Shown: positions 18,450-28,460, counted from the stretch's first letter. The stretch is 64,000 nt of DNA from an uncultured Gemmatimonadales bacterium (GCA_963828735.1 CAWHFW010000005.1:1856001-1920000); one strand, 5' to 3'. Notes: a model not told the origin generated them from the sequence alone. Numbers and translations: made by a program.

Positions 18450-19886
18450 ATGTTGTCGGCTCGCCGGAACGCGCCGGCGAGTCCGACCACCGCCACCGGA
18501 GCGCCAGCACCCGTCATGACCGCCGCGGTCACCGCCGTCCCCTCTCAGCCGCTCCAGGCGCAGCCGCTTCCGGCTCGGCCGCTTCCCGGTCGAATCGGCC
18601 CGAGCCGCCGGATCGCGCTCGCCATGCTCGTGGGCGTCGGCCTCGGTCTCTGCTTCCCCGACCGCGCGCAGGGCGACTTCTTCCATGCGACCGATCTGCA
18701 GGTCCTGTCGGCGCTGTTCCTCCGGATGATCTCGATGACGATCGTCCCGCTGCTGTTCGCCACGCTGGTGGTGGGGATCGCCGCGCACGGCGACGACTTG
18801 AAGCGCATGGGCCGGCTCGCCGTGCGGTCGCTGCTCTACTTCGAGGTCGTCACCACGCTCGCCCTCGGCGTGGGGCTCCTGGCCGTGAACCTCGTGCGGC
18901 CGGGCGTCGGCGTGAGCCTGGACACAGGAGGCGGGGTTGTCGCCACCCTGCCGGCGACAGCGACGCCCACCTTCGCCGCGGTGCTGGAGCACAGCGTGCC
19001 GCGGAGCGTATTCGAGGCCGCCGCGGGCAATGAATCGCTGCCGATCGTGGTGTTCACGATCGCCTTCGCCGTCGCGCTGACTGGGGTCGCGGGGCCGGCG
19101 CGGGCGTTCATGCTGTCGTTCTGCGAGAGCCTGAGCCAGGTGATGTTCCGGCTGGTCGCGATGGTCATGACCTTCGCGCCGGTAGGCGTGGGCGCCGCCG
19201 TCGCGGTGACGGTGGGCCGGAACGGACTCGGCGCCCTGGCGCGGCTCGGCGTACTCGTGCTCACCCTCTATGGCGCGCTGCTCGCCTTCGCGGCCCTCGT
19301 GCTGCTGCCCATCGCGCTCGCCTGGAAGGTGCCGATCCGGCGTTTCTGGGCGGCGACAAGGGAGCCCTGGCTGCTCGCATTCTCCACGGCCTCGTCTGAG
19401 TGCGCGCTGCCGCTCGCCTTCCGGAACCTGGAGCGGCTCGGCGTGCCGCGACGGATCGTGTCGTTCGTCCTGCCGGCCGGCTACACGTTCAACATGGACG
19501 GCACCACTCTCTACCTCAGCCTGGCCTCGGTATTCGTGGCGCAGGCGGCCGGTGTCGACATGCCGCTGTCCCGGCAGCTGCTCATGATGCTGACGCTGAT
19601 GCTCACCAGCAAAGGCCTGGCCGCGGTGCCACGGGCATCGCTGGTGATTCTCGCGGGCACGGCGGCGCAGTTCGGGCTGCCGCTCGAGGGCGTGGCCGTC
19701 ATTCTCGGCGTGGACGCGCTGATGGACATGGCGCGCACCTCCCTCAACGTCGTCGGGAACTGCCTCGCGAGCGTGGTGATGGCGCGCTGGGAGGGAGAGT
19801 TCGACGCGGCGCCGGACGCGACCGCGGAGAGATCGTCGGGCGGGGCGCCGCTCCACGGCACCTATCGAACGGAACCGTCACTATGA
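18450..19886 (+). CDS. Dicarboxylate/amino acid:cation symporter (GltP/DctA family)
   Basis: Motifs FSTASSE.ALP, GYTFNMDGT and DMART.LNVVGN. Start uncertain (18438, 18450 or 18516). Confidence 0.92.
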   Translation: MLSARRNAPASPTTATGAPAPVMTAAVTAVPSQPLQAQPLPARPLPGRIGPSRRIALAMLVGVGLGLCFPDRAQGDFFHATDLQVLSALFLRMISMTIVPLLFATLVVGIAAHGDDLKRMGRLAVRSLLYFEVVTTLALGVGLLAVNLVRPGVGVSLDTGGGVVATLPATATPTFAAVLEHSVPRSVFEAAAGNESLPIVVFTIAFAVALTGVAGPARAFMLSFCESLSQVMFRLVAMVMTFAPVGVGAAVAVTVGRNGLGALARLGVLVLTLYGALLAFAALVLLPIALAWKVPIRRFWAATREPWLLAFSTASSECALPLAFRNLERLGVPRRIVSFVLPAGYTFNMDGTTLYLSLASVFVAQAAGVDMPLSRQLLMMLTLMLTSKGLAAVPRASLVILAGTAAQFGLPLEGVAVILGVDALMDMARTSLNVVGNCLASVVMARWEGEFDAAPDATAERSSGGAPLHGTYRTEPSL

Positions 19887-20416
19887 CGCTCGCCGTGATG
19901 CCGCCGCGGGTGGGTCCCATCGCCTCGACACAGCTCGACGACCTGGGGCCGGCGCTGGTGGAGTTGCTGCTCGAGACGGTGAACGGCGGGGAGCCGCTCG
20001 GGTTCCTGCCGCCGGTAACGCCGCACGAATGCCGGAACTACTGGCTGTCACTCCGATCCGAGCTGCGCGGCGGGTCGCGGCTGCTGTTCGGCATCTGGGT
20101 GGCGGATCGCCTGGCCGGGTCCGGGCAGCTCGCGCTGCCGCGCTGGCCCAACGCGCGTCACCGGGTGGAGGTGAACAAACTGCTTGTTGCCCCCGCGCTC
20201 AGGGGACAGGGCATCGGGCGATGCCTGCTCGAGGCCATGCACGAGGCGGCCCGCCAGCGCGGGCGGACACTGGTGGTGCTGAACACGCGGCGCGGCGGCC
20301 ACGGCGAGGCGTTCTATCGCGCGCTGGGGTACCGTGAGGCGGGGCTGATTCCGGGGTATGCCGTCGGGCCGGGAGGAGAAGTGTACGACAGCCTGCTGCT
20401 GTATCAGTGCCTGTGA
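19883..20416 (+). CDS. GNAT family N-acetyltransferase
   Basis: ATGA overlap with the symporter; motifs KLLV.P.LRGQGIG and FYRALGY. Confidence 0.88.
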   Translation: MTLAVMPPRVGPIASTQLDDLGPALVELLLETVNGGEPLGFLPPVTPHECRNYWLSLRSELRGGSRLLFGIWVADRLAGSGQLALPRWPNARHRVEVNKLLVAPALRGQGIGRCLLEAMHEAARQRGRTLVVLNTRRGGHGEAFYRALGYREAGLIPGYAVGPGGEVYDSLLLYQCL

Positions 20417-20489
20417 TCGGCGGAGCCGGATCCGGCGTAGCGTGCCGGCAGCTCCTGCCTGGCTCGAGGGACGACTGCCGCTCGGGGCG

Positions 20490-20945
20490 TCACGAACCGC
20501 CGCCCACATGCAGCGTCGCCATCTGTATCGGGCTACATGCCACCGGATCCTGATTGTCGGCACAGGCTGAGAAGACGAGATCCGCCTGCCCGGCGGCCTG
20601 CGCCGGTGTCACGGTCCAGACGACGGTCGCGAGGCCGTTCGCGCCGCTCGTGGCCGTCGTGTCGGACAGGTCGCCAGCCGACACGGCGTACCTGAGGCTG
20701 GCGCCGATCACGTGTCCGACGTCGGTGTCCACGACCAGGTCGATCGTGATGACCGCGGCCCCGTCGTCTCGCATGACGGCCTCCGGCTGACCCACCAGGC
20801 TCACGTTATAGCTCTGGATGTCGACGCCCGTGTTGTCGCCACATGCGGCGAGGGTGGCCGTAGTGGCCACCGCGACGGTCCACGCCGTCCGACGGAACAG
20901 CGTGCGATGACCGCTCGACGGCGCGGCGGCTTCGGTGGGACGCAT
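20490..20945 (-). CDS. Hypothetical lipoprotein (Ig-like)
   Basis: Lipobox LAAC; beta-rich, with T..NGLATV.W. Confidence 0.65.
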   Translation of the reverse strand: MRPTEAAAPSSGHRTLFRRTAWTVAVATTATLAACGDNTGVDIQSYNVSLVGQPEAVMRDDGAAVITIDLVVDTDVGHVIGASLRYAVSAGDLSDTTATSGANGLATVVWTVTPAQAAGQADLVFSACADNQDPVACSPIQMATLHVGGGS

Positions 20946-21056
20946 CTGGCATCGATCTCCGGTGGCTCGATCCCGGCGCTGGCGCTGGTCGCCGCGGCAT
21001 GGCTCGAGGCCGATAGATGACGTCCGGCGCTACCGCGGGCGCACGTCCGCGGCTTC

Positions 21057-22127
21057 CTACGGCGCGTACACCTCGGTCGGGTTGGGCTTGACGCCGGGGT
21101 CCCAGTGGATCCCGCCGACACCGAGGAGCAACGACTTCCGGCCCCAGGTGATCGGGACGATCTCGGGGTGATCCCAGCGCGGCGCGGCTCTCGAGGTCCA
21201 CCTGTTCGTCGCGGGATCGTACGCGTAGGCCCGACGGACAAAGGTCGCGCTGCTGGTGCTGACCTGGACGACCACGTACAGCTTGCCCTGCAGAACGGCC
21301 CCACGGGCCGACCCGGCCGACGGCAGTGGCGCGAGCGTCTTCCAGCTGTTGGTCGCCGGATCGTACCGGTCGAGCGCTGCCACGGGGTGGTCGAGACTGT
21401 CCCGGCCGCCGACCGCGTAGAACCTGCCGCCGATCACGCCGCCGGCGCCGAATGAATGAAAGTGCGGCGACGACTTCTTGGTGCCCCACATGTTCGTGGA
21501 GGGGTCATAGCGGAAGAGGCGGCGGAACGCCAGGTGATCGCAACCTGCGGGGGGATCGACGTCCGTGCTGCAGGTCCCGGGAAGGACGTACAGCTTGCCG
21601 TCGATGACGCCGGTGATCCCATCCGCCGTGGGCTTCGGGGGCATGGGTTTCTCGGTGAGCGTGTTGGTTGCGGGATCGTAGGCCCGAAAGCCCCCCTCGA
21701 TGAAGCTGAAGTCCGTGGAGAAAGCCACCCCGCCGGAGATGTAGAGCGTGTTCCCGATTCTCCCCACCCCGTTCGATCTGAACACGTTGACCCGCGGCTC
21801 GAGGCTCGGCACCGACCAGGTGTTCGTCCCGATCCGGTAGGTCGCCACGCTGGCGCCGGATCCTCCGTCCTCGTCCCGGCCGCCGAGCAGGTAGACCACG
21901 GATTGCCCGGACGCGTCGGGCACCACGCCGGCCGAGAGCTGGTTCACGAACAGGAAGTTCGGCGGCGCGGCCTTGAGGGTCCAGGTATTCGAGGCGAGGG
22001 CCTCGGCGAGCGGCGCGGCCGGTGCGGGCGCCGCGGATTCGGGCTGCGTCGGGGTCCGGTCCTCGCCGCATCCGGCGACGCCAAGGGCAAAGAGGGCGAG
22101 CACCAGTCGAACGGACGCGCGGGGCAT
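21057..22127 (-). CDS. Kelch-repeat lipoprotein
   Basis: Lipobox VAGC; repeats of LY..GG and YDP.TN.W. Confidence 0.88.
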   Translation of the reverse strand: MPRASVRLVLALFALGVAGCGEDRTPTQPESAAPAPAAPLAEALASNTWTLKAAPPNFLFVNQLSAGVVPDASGQSVVYLLGGRDEDGGSGASVATYRIGTNTWSVPSLEPRVNVFRSNGVGRIGNTLYISGGVAFSTDFSFIEGGFRAYDPATNTLTEKPMPPKPTADGITGVIDGKLYVLPGTCSTDVDPPAGCDHLAFRRLFRYDPSTNMWGTKKSSPHFHSFGAGGVIGGRFYAVGGRDSLDHPVAALDRYDPATNSWKTLAPLPSAGSARGAVLQGKLYVVVQVSTSSATFVRRAYAYDPATNRWTSRAAPRWDHPEIVPITWGRKSLLLGVGGIHWDPGVKPNPTEVYAP

Positions 22128-22280
22128 GGGGGCCTCCTGATGGGACCGGCCAAGATACAGGAGGCTTTCAAGTAGATCTCAAGGCGGGCTGGAACGGCAA
22201 GGAAGGCAATAGACGCGCGCCGCGGCCGATCGGGCCGTGCGTCAACCTGAAAAGGAAGGATTCCACCAACGCGGTATGAC

Positions 22281-23225
22281 TTACGCGGCTCCCTCCAGCA
22301 GCTGCCGGAACCGCGGGTCGTTGCGCAGCGGATCGAAGGTGGGATCGATCCGAAGCCAACTTGGGGAGATGTAGAAGGGCACCCGGAGCAGCGGCTCGAG
22401 CTGGTCCAGCGCCTTCTCCCGCTCGCCGAGCAGCAGGTAGATACGCACCATCTGGAGCTGGATGTACGGGCCGAAGTAGCCGTCCCGGCTGATCGGCATC
22501 AGCTCCATGCCCCGCCGTCCCTCGCGCAGCGCGTCCGCCCTTCGTCCCAGGTAGGCCAGGGTCAGACCGAGCAACACGTGGCCGGCGAACGGCGGCTCGC
22601 CGGCCAGCATCTCGTAGAGCGTCGCCGAGGGGGCGTAGAGGTCCGACCGGGCGTCGATCTCCTCCTCGTCGATCTGCTCGGGGCTCATGTAGGCCGGCGT
22701 GCCGATTGGACTGCCGCTTCGCGTGATGCCCTCGTCGACGCCGGTCGCGCGGGCGATCCCGAAATCGGCGACGAGGGTGGTGCCGTCGCGCGTGAGCAGG
22801 ATGTTCTCCGGCTTGACGTCGCGGTGGATGACGCCCTGCTGGTGCGCGTAGTCCAACGCGCGGGCTGCCTCCGTCGTGATGCGGAGCGCGTCCTCCAGCG
22901 GCAGCCGGCGCTCTCGTCGCAACCGCTCTCGGAGCGACTCGCCCTCGACGAAAGGCATGATATACCACAGCTCGCCGGTGCTGCCGGAGTCGAGCACGGT
23001 CAGGATGTGCGGGTGCTGGAGCCGGGCGGCGAAGTGGATCTCGCGCTGGAACCGTTCGGGCGCGGACCTGGCGGTGAGCTCGGGCAGGAGGATCTTGAGG
23101 GCGACCGGACGGTCGTATCGGAGGTCGTGCGCGAGGTAGACCACGCCCATGCCGCTACGGCCGAGCTCGCGCTCGATCGTGTAGCGCTCGGCCAGCGCCT
23201 CGCGAACCTTGTCCGGCACGTCCAT
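22281..23225 (-). CDS. Ser/Thr kinase with an internal deletion (kinase C-lobe end and most of the TPR region missing); possible pseudogene
   Basis: HRDVKPEN and DFG are present. YEMLAGEPPFAG joins directly to the terminal helix region ending DPTFDPLRNDPRF. Confidence 0.8.
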   Translation of the reverse strand: MDVPDKVREALAERYTIERELGRSGMGVVYLAHDLRYDRPVALKILLPELTARSAPERFQREIHFAARLQHPHILTVLDSGSTGELWYIMPFVEGESLRERLRRERRLPLEDALRITTEAARALDYAHQQGVIHRDVKPENILLTRDGTTLVADFGIARATGVDEGITRSGSPIGTPAYMSPEQIDEEEIDARSDLYAPSATLYEMLAGEPPFAGHVLLGLTLAYLGRRADALREGRRGMELMPISRDGYFGPYIQLQMVRIYLLLGEREKALDQLEPLLRVPFYISPSWLRIDPTFDPLRNDPRFRQLLEGAA

Positions 23226-23448
23226 GCGACGGCTCCGGGAGAGAGCTCCGGTGGAGGACCGCGACCCTAAGTAAGCGGGCGGCGAGGGGCCACGCCAGCA
23301 GCGCGGCAGCCGTGCGCCGACGATTCGTAGCCGCGGGCCCCGCGGGGAAACTCCAGTGCGGACGACGACGTAAATTGCCGTGGGAACGCCGCGCGGGCAG
23401 TGCCGCGGCCGCGCCCGTTCCCGCCACCCCGACCACGAGCTGACACGC

Positions 23449-25785
23449 GTGCTCGTACTCCTGATGCTCCTCCAAACGACGGCCTCGGGTCCTCCACCGA
23501 CCCCGGGAGACTCCGGTGTACCCGCGGGTTTGGTCGCGAACGCCGGCGGGCAGGGTCTCGCGGTGGACGGTAAAGGCTCGCCCACGGCCGCCATTCCGCG
23601 CATCGAGACCGCCGCCGAGGTCCGCGTGGACGGCATCCTCGACGAGCCGGCCTGGCAGCAGGCGACCCGTCTCACCGGCTTCTGGCAGTACCAACCGGTA
23701 GACGGCCGCGCCGCGGAGGAGGCCACGGAGGTGCTGGTCTGGTACGCGCCGGACGCGATCTGGTTCGGCATCGTGGCCCACGACAAGGTGCCGGGCTCGA
23801 TCCGGGCCACCGTGGCCGACCGCGACAACATCGACAACGACGACAACATCGTCCTCGACATCGACACGTTCCACGACCGGCGCCGGGCCTTCCAGTTCGG
23901 CGTGAACCCACTCGGCGTGCAGAGCGACGGGGTGCGGAGCGAGGGCGCGGGCCAGGTGTCGAGCCTCATCCCTGGAAGCGTCGATCTGAATCCCGACTTC
24001 ACCTGGGAGTCCAAAGGCCGGATCACCAGCCAGGGGTACACGGTGGAGATCCGCATCCCGTTCAAGAGTCTGCGCTACCCCGGCGGCGTACAGCAGAGCT
24101 GGGGCTTCAACGTGACGCGCGTCGTGCAGCGCACCGGCTACACCGATACCTGGACCGACGTGCGCCGCGCGAGTGCCAGCTTCATCGGCCAGGAGGGGGC
24201 GATCGGGGGTCTCCACGACCTGAAGCGGGGCGTCGCCGTCGAGGCCCAGCCGTTCGTGACCGCCACCGCCAACGGCGCTCGCGACGACGCCACCGGCAGC
24301 TTCGAGCGAGACGACGTCAATCCCGACGCGGGCCTCAACTTCCGGCTCGGCTTCACCAGCTACTCGCTCGACGCGACCATCAACCCCGACTTCAGCCAGG
24401 TGGAGAGCGACGCGGGGCAGGTGACCGTGAACGAGCGCTTCGCCCTGTTCTATCCCGAGAAGCGGCCGTTCTTCCTCGAGGGGATCGAGCTGTTCGGGAC
24501 GCCGAACACCCTGGTCTACACCCGCCGGATCGTGGACCCGAAGGCCGGCGCCAAGTTCACCGGGAAGTTCGGCCAGCTCGGCGTCGCCTACCTCGCCGCC
24601 GTGGACCAGACCGAGGCTGGCGACGCCTGGTTCAACATCGCCCGGCTCCGGCGCGACTTCGGCCGCAACTCGATCGCGGGCGTCACCTTCGCCAACCGCG
24701 ACCAGGGCGACCTGCACAACCGGGTGCTCGCCGGCGACTTCCGCTACGTATGGGGACTCTACTATGCCCAGGCCCAGCTCGGCGGCTCCTACACCAGTGA
24801 TGCGGCCGGCAGCCGCACCGCGCCCATCTGGCAGGCCGAATGGGACCGCACGGGCCGCTCGTGGGGCTTCAACTATCTATTGAAGGGCCTGGGGAACGGG
24901 TTCGACGACCAGGCCGGCTTCGTCAATCGGCTCCGGAGCAACGTCGTCAACGGCCACTTCTTCAACCGGCTCAGCGCCTACGGCGCCCGCGGCGCGGTGT
25001 TCGAGAATCTCAACGTGTTCTTTGGTCCGGACCGCACGTGGGCCTACGACCAGTTCGGGTTCAAACCAGCGCTCGAGGGGTTCGACCAGGTGGACGCCAC
25101 GGTCCAGCTCCGCGGCGGCTGGGAGCTGAATGGCCACGTCCAGCGCGATTTCGTGGACTTCCAGGACTCGACCTACACCGGCTACACGGTCGGAAGCGCC
25201 GGCGGCCCGGTCTACCAGCCGGCCGAGGACTTCTCCGGCTTCTGGTGGCAGACGCAGGTGACCACGCCGACCTGGCAGCAGTTCGGCGGCTTCCTGCAGT
25301 ATCGGAACGGGCGGGCGGCGATCTTCCAGGAAGGCGGAACCGGCAACTATTGGCAGCTCACCGGCGAGCTCGACTTCCGGCCGGTGTCCACGGTGCGGAT
25401 GGCGCTCACGGGGATCGTGTTCCGGCTCGACCGGCTCGACGGCCGCGAGTTCGCGCGCTCCACCATCCCACGTCTCAAGATCGAGTACCAACCCAGGCGC
25501 GAGCTGTTCTTCCGGGCGATCGGCGAATACCGCTCCGACCACACGGCGGCGCTGGAGGACCCGGTGACGGGGGCGCCGCTCTTCATCGGCGGGGTGGCGC
25601 AGCCGGCCGCCGAGTTCAACGGGATGCGCGTGGACCTTCTCGCCTCGTTCGAACCGACGCCGGGGACGGTGGCGTTCCTCGGCTACGGCAGCTCGCTCGA
25701 GACCGACGAGGCGTTCAACTGGTCGCGGCTCTCGCGAACCACCGACGGGTTCTTCGTGAAGCTGGCGTACCAGATCCGGCGGTAG
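23449..25785 (+). CDS. DUF5916 / CBM9-like domain outer-membrane protein
   Basis: Motifs VDG.LDEPAW, VEIRIPFKSLRY, NPDFSQVESD and EKRPFFLEG; C-terminal FFVKLAY. Start uncertain. Confidence 0.85.
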   Translation: MLVLLMLLQTTASGPPPTPGDSGVPAGLVANAGGQGLAVDGKGSPTAAIPRIETAAEVRVDGILDEPAWQQATRLTGFWQYQPVDGRAAEEATEVLVWYAPDAIWFGIVAHDKVPGSIRATVADRDNIDNDDNIVLDIDTFHDRRRAFQFGVNPLGVQSDGVRSEGAGQVSSLIPGSVDLNPDFTWESKGRITSQGYTVEIRIPFKSLRYPGGVQQSWGFNVTRVVQRTGYTDTWTDVRRASASFIGQEGAIGGLHDLKRGVAVEAQPFVTATANGARDDATGSFERDDVNPDAGLNFRLGFTSYSLDATINPDFSQVESDAGQVTVNERFALFYPEKRPFFLEGIELFGTPNTLVYTRRIVDPKAGAKFTGKFGQLGVAYLAAVDQTEAGDAWFNIARLRRDFGRNSIAGVTFANRDQGDLHNRVLAGDFRYVWGLYYAQAQLGGSYTSDAAGSRTAPIWQAEWDRTGRSWGFNYLLKGLGNGFDDQAGFVNRLRSNVVNGHFFNRLSAYGARGAVFENLNVFFGPDRTWAYDQFGFKPALEGFDQVDATVQLRGGWELNGHVQRDFVDFQDSTYTGYTVGSAGGPVYQPAEDFSGFWWQTQVTTPTWQQFGGFLQYRNGRAAIFQEGGTGNYWQLTGELDFRPVSTVRMALTGIVFRLDRLDGREFARSTIPRLKIEYQPRRELFFRAIGEYRSDHTAALEDPVTGAPLFIGGVAQPAAEFNGMRVDLLASFEPTPGTVAFLGYGSSLETDEAFNWSRLSRTTDGFFVKLAYQIRR

Positions 25786-25904
25786 CTCGGCCTGCTCTAG
25801 TGCCCATCCCGCTCGAATTCAGCAGCGTTCGCGGCGGCCCCGGGCAAGATCCCTCGCGTTGGGCGCGGTCCCCGGAGGAGCCGCGCCCCACCGCGCCTTC
25901 GACG

Positions 25905-27080
25905 TCAGGTCGTCGCGTCGGGCGCCGTGATCGTTGGATAGGCCGCCACGAACAGGGCGTGGAACTCGTCGGCCGTGAGGATGTGGCCCTGCTTCTGGGC
26001 CTGGTCGGCCACCTCGAACCCGAACTCTGCCGAGCGCATCCGCTGGTTGGGCGTGCCATGGTGGCCAGGGTTGTCGAACGCGCAGTCGCCGATGTTGAAG
26101 AAGACCTGCAGGAACTCGGCGACCCGCTTCTGGTTCAGCGCCGCGCCCCGACTGTGCGTCAGGTAGTAGGCGGAGAATGCATCCGCCATGAGCTCGGTGT
26201 ACCGGGTCTGCTCGGCCGGGGAGCCGTTGGTGGCGAGCGGGTCGTTGAAGTAGCCCCGCTGGAACTGGATGTGGTGTCCGAACTCGTGGGCGTAGACCGC
26301 CTGGGGCGCCACATCGTCGAAGCCGATCACCTTGTAGCTCTCCAGGACGCCGTCGCCCACCACGATCTTGTTCGGTCTTGCCGCGCCGTCGCCGGGAACG
26401 GCGAATGCGTTGAACGTCCACAGCGGGTAGTTGCCGCCGTCCATCGTGGTGGACGCGGCCAGCGCGTCATGCACGGTCTGGGCGAAGAAGACCGCCAGGT
26501 CGTGAGAGATCGGCGATCCGCCCACGGTGAAGGCGGCCTCGTACACTCGCGCCACCCGATCGACGTCCAGCAGCATGGTCCCGTGCATGGCGACGAGCTG
26601 GATATCGTCCGAATCGATGTCCCAGAACCGTTTCACGTCCCGCTCGACCTTGGTCATCGTGTGGTCGTATTCACCGGTGTAGCCGAAGAACTGGGGCGTG
26701 GCCTCGGTGGTGAACAGGATCCCGTCCACGCTGGGCACCTGGTCCGCCGCGAGGTTGACGAGGGTGAAGAAGATGTCGGGCTCGACGGCGATGGAATGGT
26801 CGATCGTCTCGTTCAGGTAGTCGATGAGTGGGGTGGACGGCGGGCAAACGAACTGGGTGGAGTCGATGACCCGGCGCGTGAGATCGGAGTACTGCGTCTC
26901 CATCTTCTGTGCCGACGCCGGGAGCCTGAGATTGTCCCGGTCCACCTTTGGCTTCGTCGATTGTTGAGCGAATGCGGGGTCGCCCGAGGATGGGGCCGTC
27001 GGCTCGAGCTTCTGATCTTCGCACCCGGCCGTGCCAAGGGCTGCAGCCAGGAGTGCACCGAGGAAAATGTGCCTTCGCAT
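25905..27080 (-). CDS. Neutral zinc metallopeptidase lipoprotein
   Basis: Lipobox TAGC; motifs HEFGHHIQ, ELMADAFS and HGTP.QR. Confidence 0.85.
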   Translation of the reverse strand: MRRHIFLGALLAAALGTAGCEDQKLEPTAPSSGDPAFAQQSTKPKVDRDNLRLPASAQKMETQYSDLTRRVIDSTQFVCPPSTPLIDYLNETIDHSIAVEPDIFFTLVNLAADQVPSVDGILFTTEATPQFFGYTGEYDHTMTKVERDVKRFWDIDSDDIQLVAMHGTMLLDVDRVARVYEAAFTVGGSPISHDLAVFFAQTVHDALAASTTMDGGNYPLWTFNAFAVPGDGAARPNKIVVGDGVLESYKVIGFDDVAPQAVYAHEFGHHIQFQRGYFNDPLATNGSPAEQTRYTELMADAFSAYYLTHSRGAALNQKRVAEFLQVFFNIGDCAFDNPGHHGTPNQRMRSAEFGFEVADQAQKQGHILTADEFHALFVAAYPTITAPDATT

Positions 27081-27374
27081 AGATCGTGATCTCCTGCAGA
27101 ACAATTGCGGTGGGACCAGCTGCCAACGCGGAAGTGGTACAGCGTGCCCGAAGGCCGAGGCGGCCCGTCTCGGCGGAGCGATTTTAGTCTAGGGAGAGTG
27201 ATTGTCGATGGCAACAACGCCCGGCGGGCAGACGAGACGTTCTGCAAGTACTTGCAGGATCGCGCATAGTTATTCCGATGGCATTCTCTCTCGGCAGAAC
27301 GTTCCTTTCGCCGTCAATCCGCCCGCGAAATACCATCCGGTCGTTGCGAGCATGCGGACCCCGGCCTCATTCAC

Positions 27375-27977
27375 CTATCGGCGAAAGGCCCCGAGCCAGC
27401 GCTCGCCGGTGCCGGTGAAATCCCAGCGCATGGTGGACGCGGGCGCCGGATGCTCGGTGCGCATGATCGAATGCCCCACGTACGCCGTCGAGTCCGCCTC
27501 GATCGTCTCCGCGCCGAGCGAGACCATCTCGCGTGAGTGCAGCCCGGCGCGGCGCAAGGTCGCGACCATGTCGGCGGCCGAGATGGTTGCTTGGCCACGC
27601 GCCCGCAGCCAGCGGGGCGTGAAAATGCCAAGCCATCCGTCGCGCCTGCCGGCGCTCACGCCGTAGACGAACACGCCGCCGGCCTTGAGCCGGCGCGCCG
27701 CGCGTCCGACCACCTCCTGCCAGTCGTCCACCCGCTCGAGCACCTCACGGCAGACGACCGCGTCGAAGTGCTTGCTCTGTCCGGCAAGCCGCTCGCTCAC
27801 GGTCTCGAGCGACGAGTCCTCGAGCGCGATGCGGGTGACGCGGTAGCCGACTCGCGCCAGCTCCGCCGCGATCCCATCGCCCCGGCGGCTGATGTCGAGC
27901 AGCGTCGGGGTCGGCCCCGGGGCGGTGGTCCACTGGTTGGCGAGCACGCGGAGGATGTACCGGTCAACGGTCCGCAT
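27375..27977 (-). CDS. Class I SAM-methyltransferase-like (UbiG-like) protein with degenerate motif I
   Basis: FDAVVC.EVLE and RLKAGGVFV are present, but motif I reads LDISRRGDG. Confidence 0.65.
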   Translation of the reverse strand: MRTVDRYILRVLANQWTTAPGPTPTLLDISRRGDGIAAELARVGYRVTRIALEDSSLETVSERLAGQSKHFDAVVCREVLERVDDWQEVVGRAARRLKAGGVFVYGVSAGRRDGWLGIFTPRWLRARGQATISAADMVATLRRAGLHSREMVSLGAETIEADSTAYVGHSIMRTEHPAPASTMRWDFTGTGERWLGAFRR

Positions 27978-28260
27978 GGGCCGCTTCCCCTTGAGACAGG
28001 AAGTCGCGGAACTGCTGCTGCGCGTCGCCCCACCTGGTCCGGCCCATCGCGATCACGCCGATGCCGGCGCCCCCGGCCATGAGGTAGACTGCCCGCTCCG
28101 TGAGCGCGAGGACGGTGGCCGACAGCCAGCGCTCACCGTTGGTCAGGATGATCTCCGTGCCGGGCGCCGCCGCCGTAACGGGTCCGAACGCCTCGTCGAT
28201 CTCCTTCCGCGAGGCGGGGAGAATCCGCTCGAACTCTCCGTCACAAATCCTGAGTCGCAT
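27964..28260 (-). CDS. Hypothetical protein
   Basis: GAGGA RBS; overlaps the next gene by 14 nt. Confidence 0.55.
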   Translation of the reverse strand: MRLRICDGEFERILPASRKEIDEAFGPVTAAAPGTEIILTNGERWLSATVLALTERAVYLMAGGAGIGVIAMGRTRWGDAQQQFRDFLSQGEAAHADR

Positions 28261-28460
28261 GGTCCTCTTGCTCCTGGCTCCGAAGTCGGTCGCAATATTG
28301 GGATTTGGCGGACGTCGACCCATCCGGCACCCGGCCGGACTTCGGCCCCACGTTCGCTGGCCGTTTCCCTGCCTCGAGACAGGGGTGCTCCCCCGACTTC
28401 GGTCACGGGCCGGTCGGCGGGCTTGCGGCGCGTGGGGACGGGTGCCAAGATCGAGGTTAC

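Noticed and set aside
18396..19856. Long N-terminal extension making a 797-aa LysR fusion
   Set aside because: It is antisense to the symporter; the LysR HTH begins just after the ATG at 18395.
23226..24065. N-terminal extension of the 22281 kinase in the ORF track
   Set aside because: It overlaps the DUF5916 gene on the other strand; paralogues begin at the equivalent of MDVPDKV (23225).
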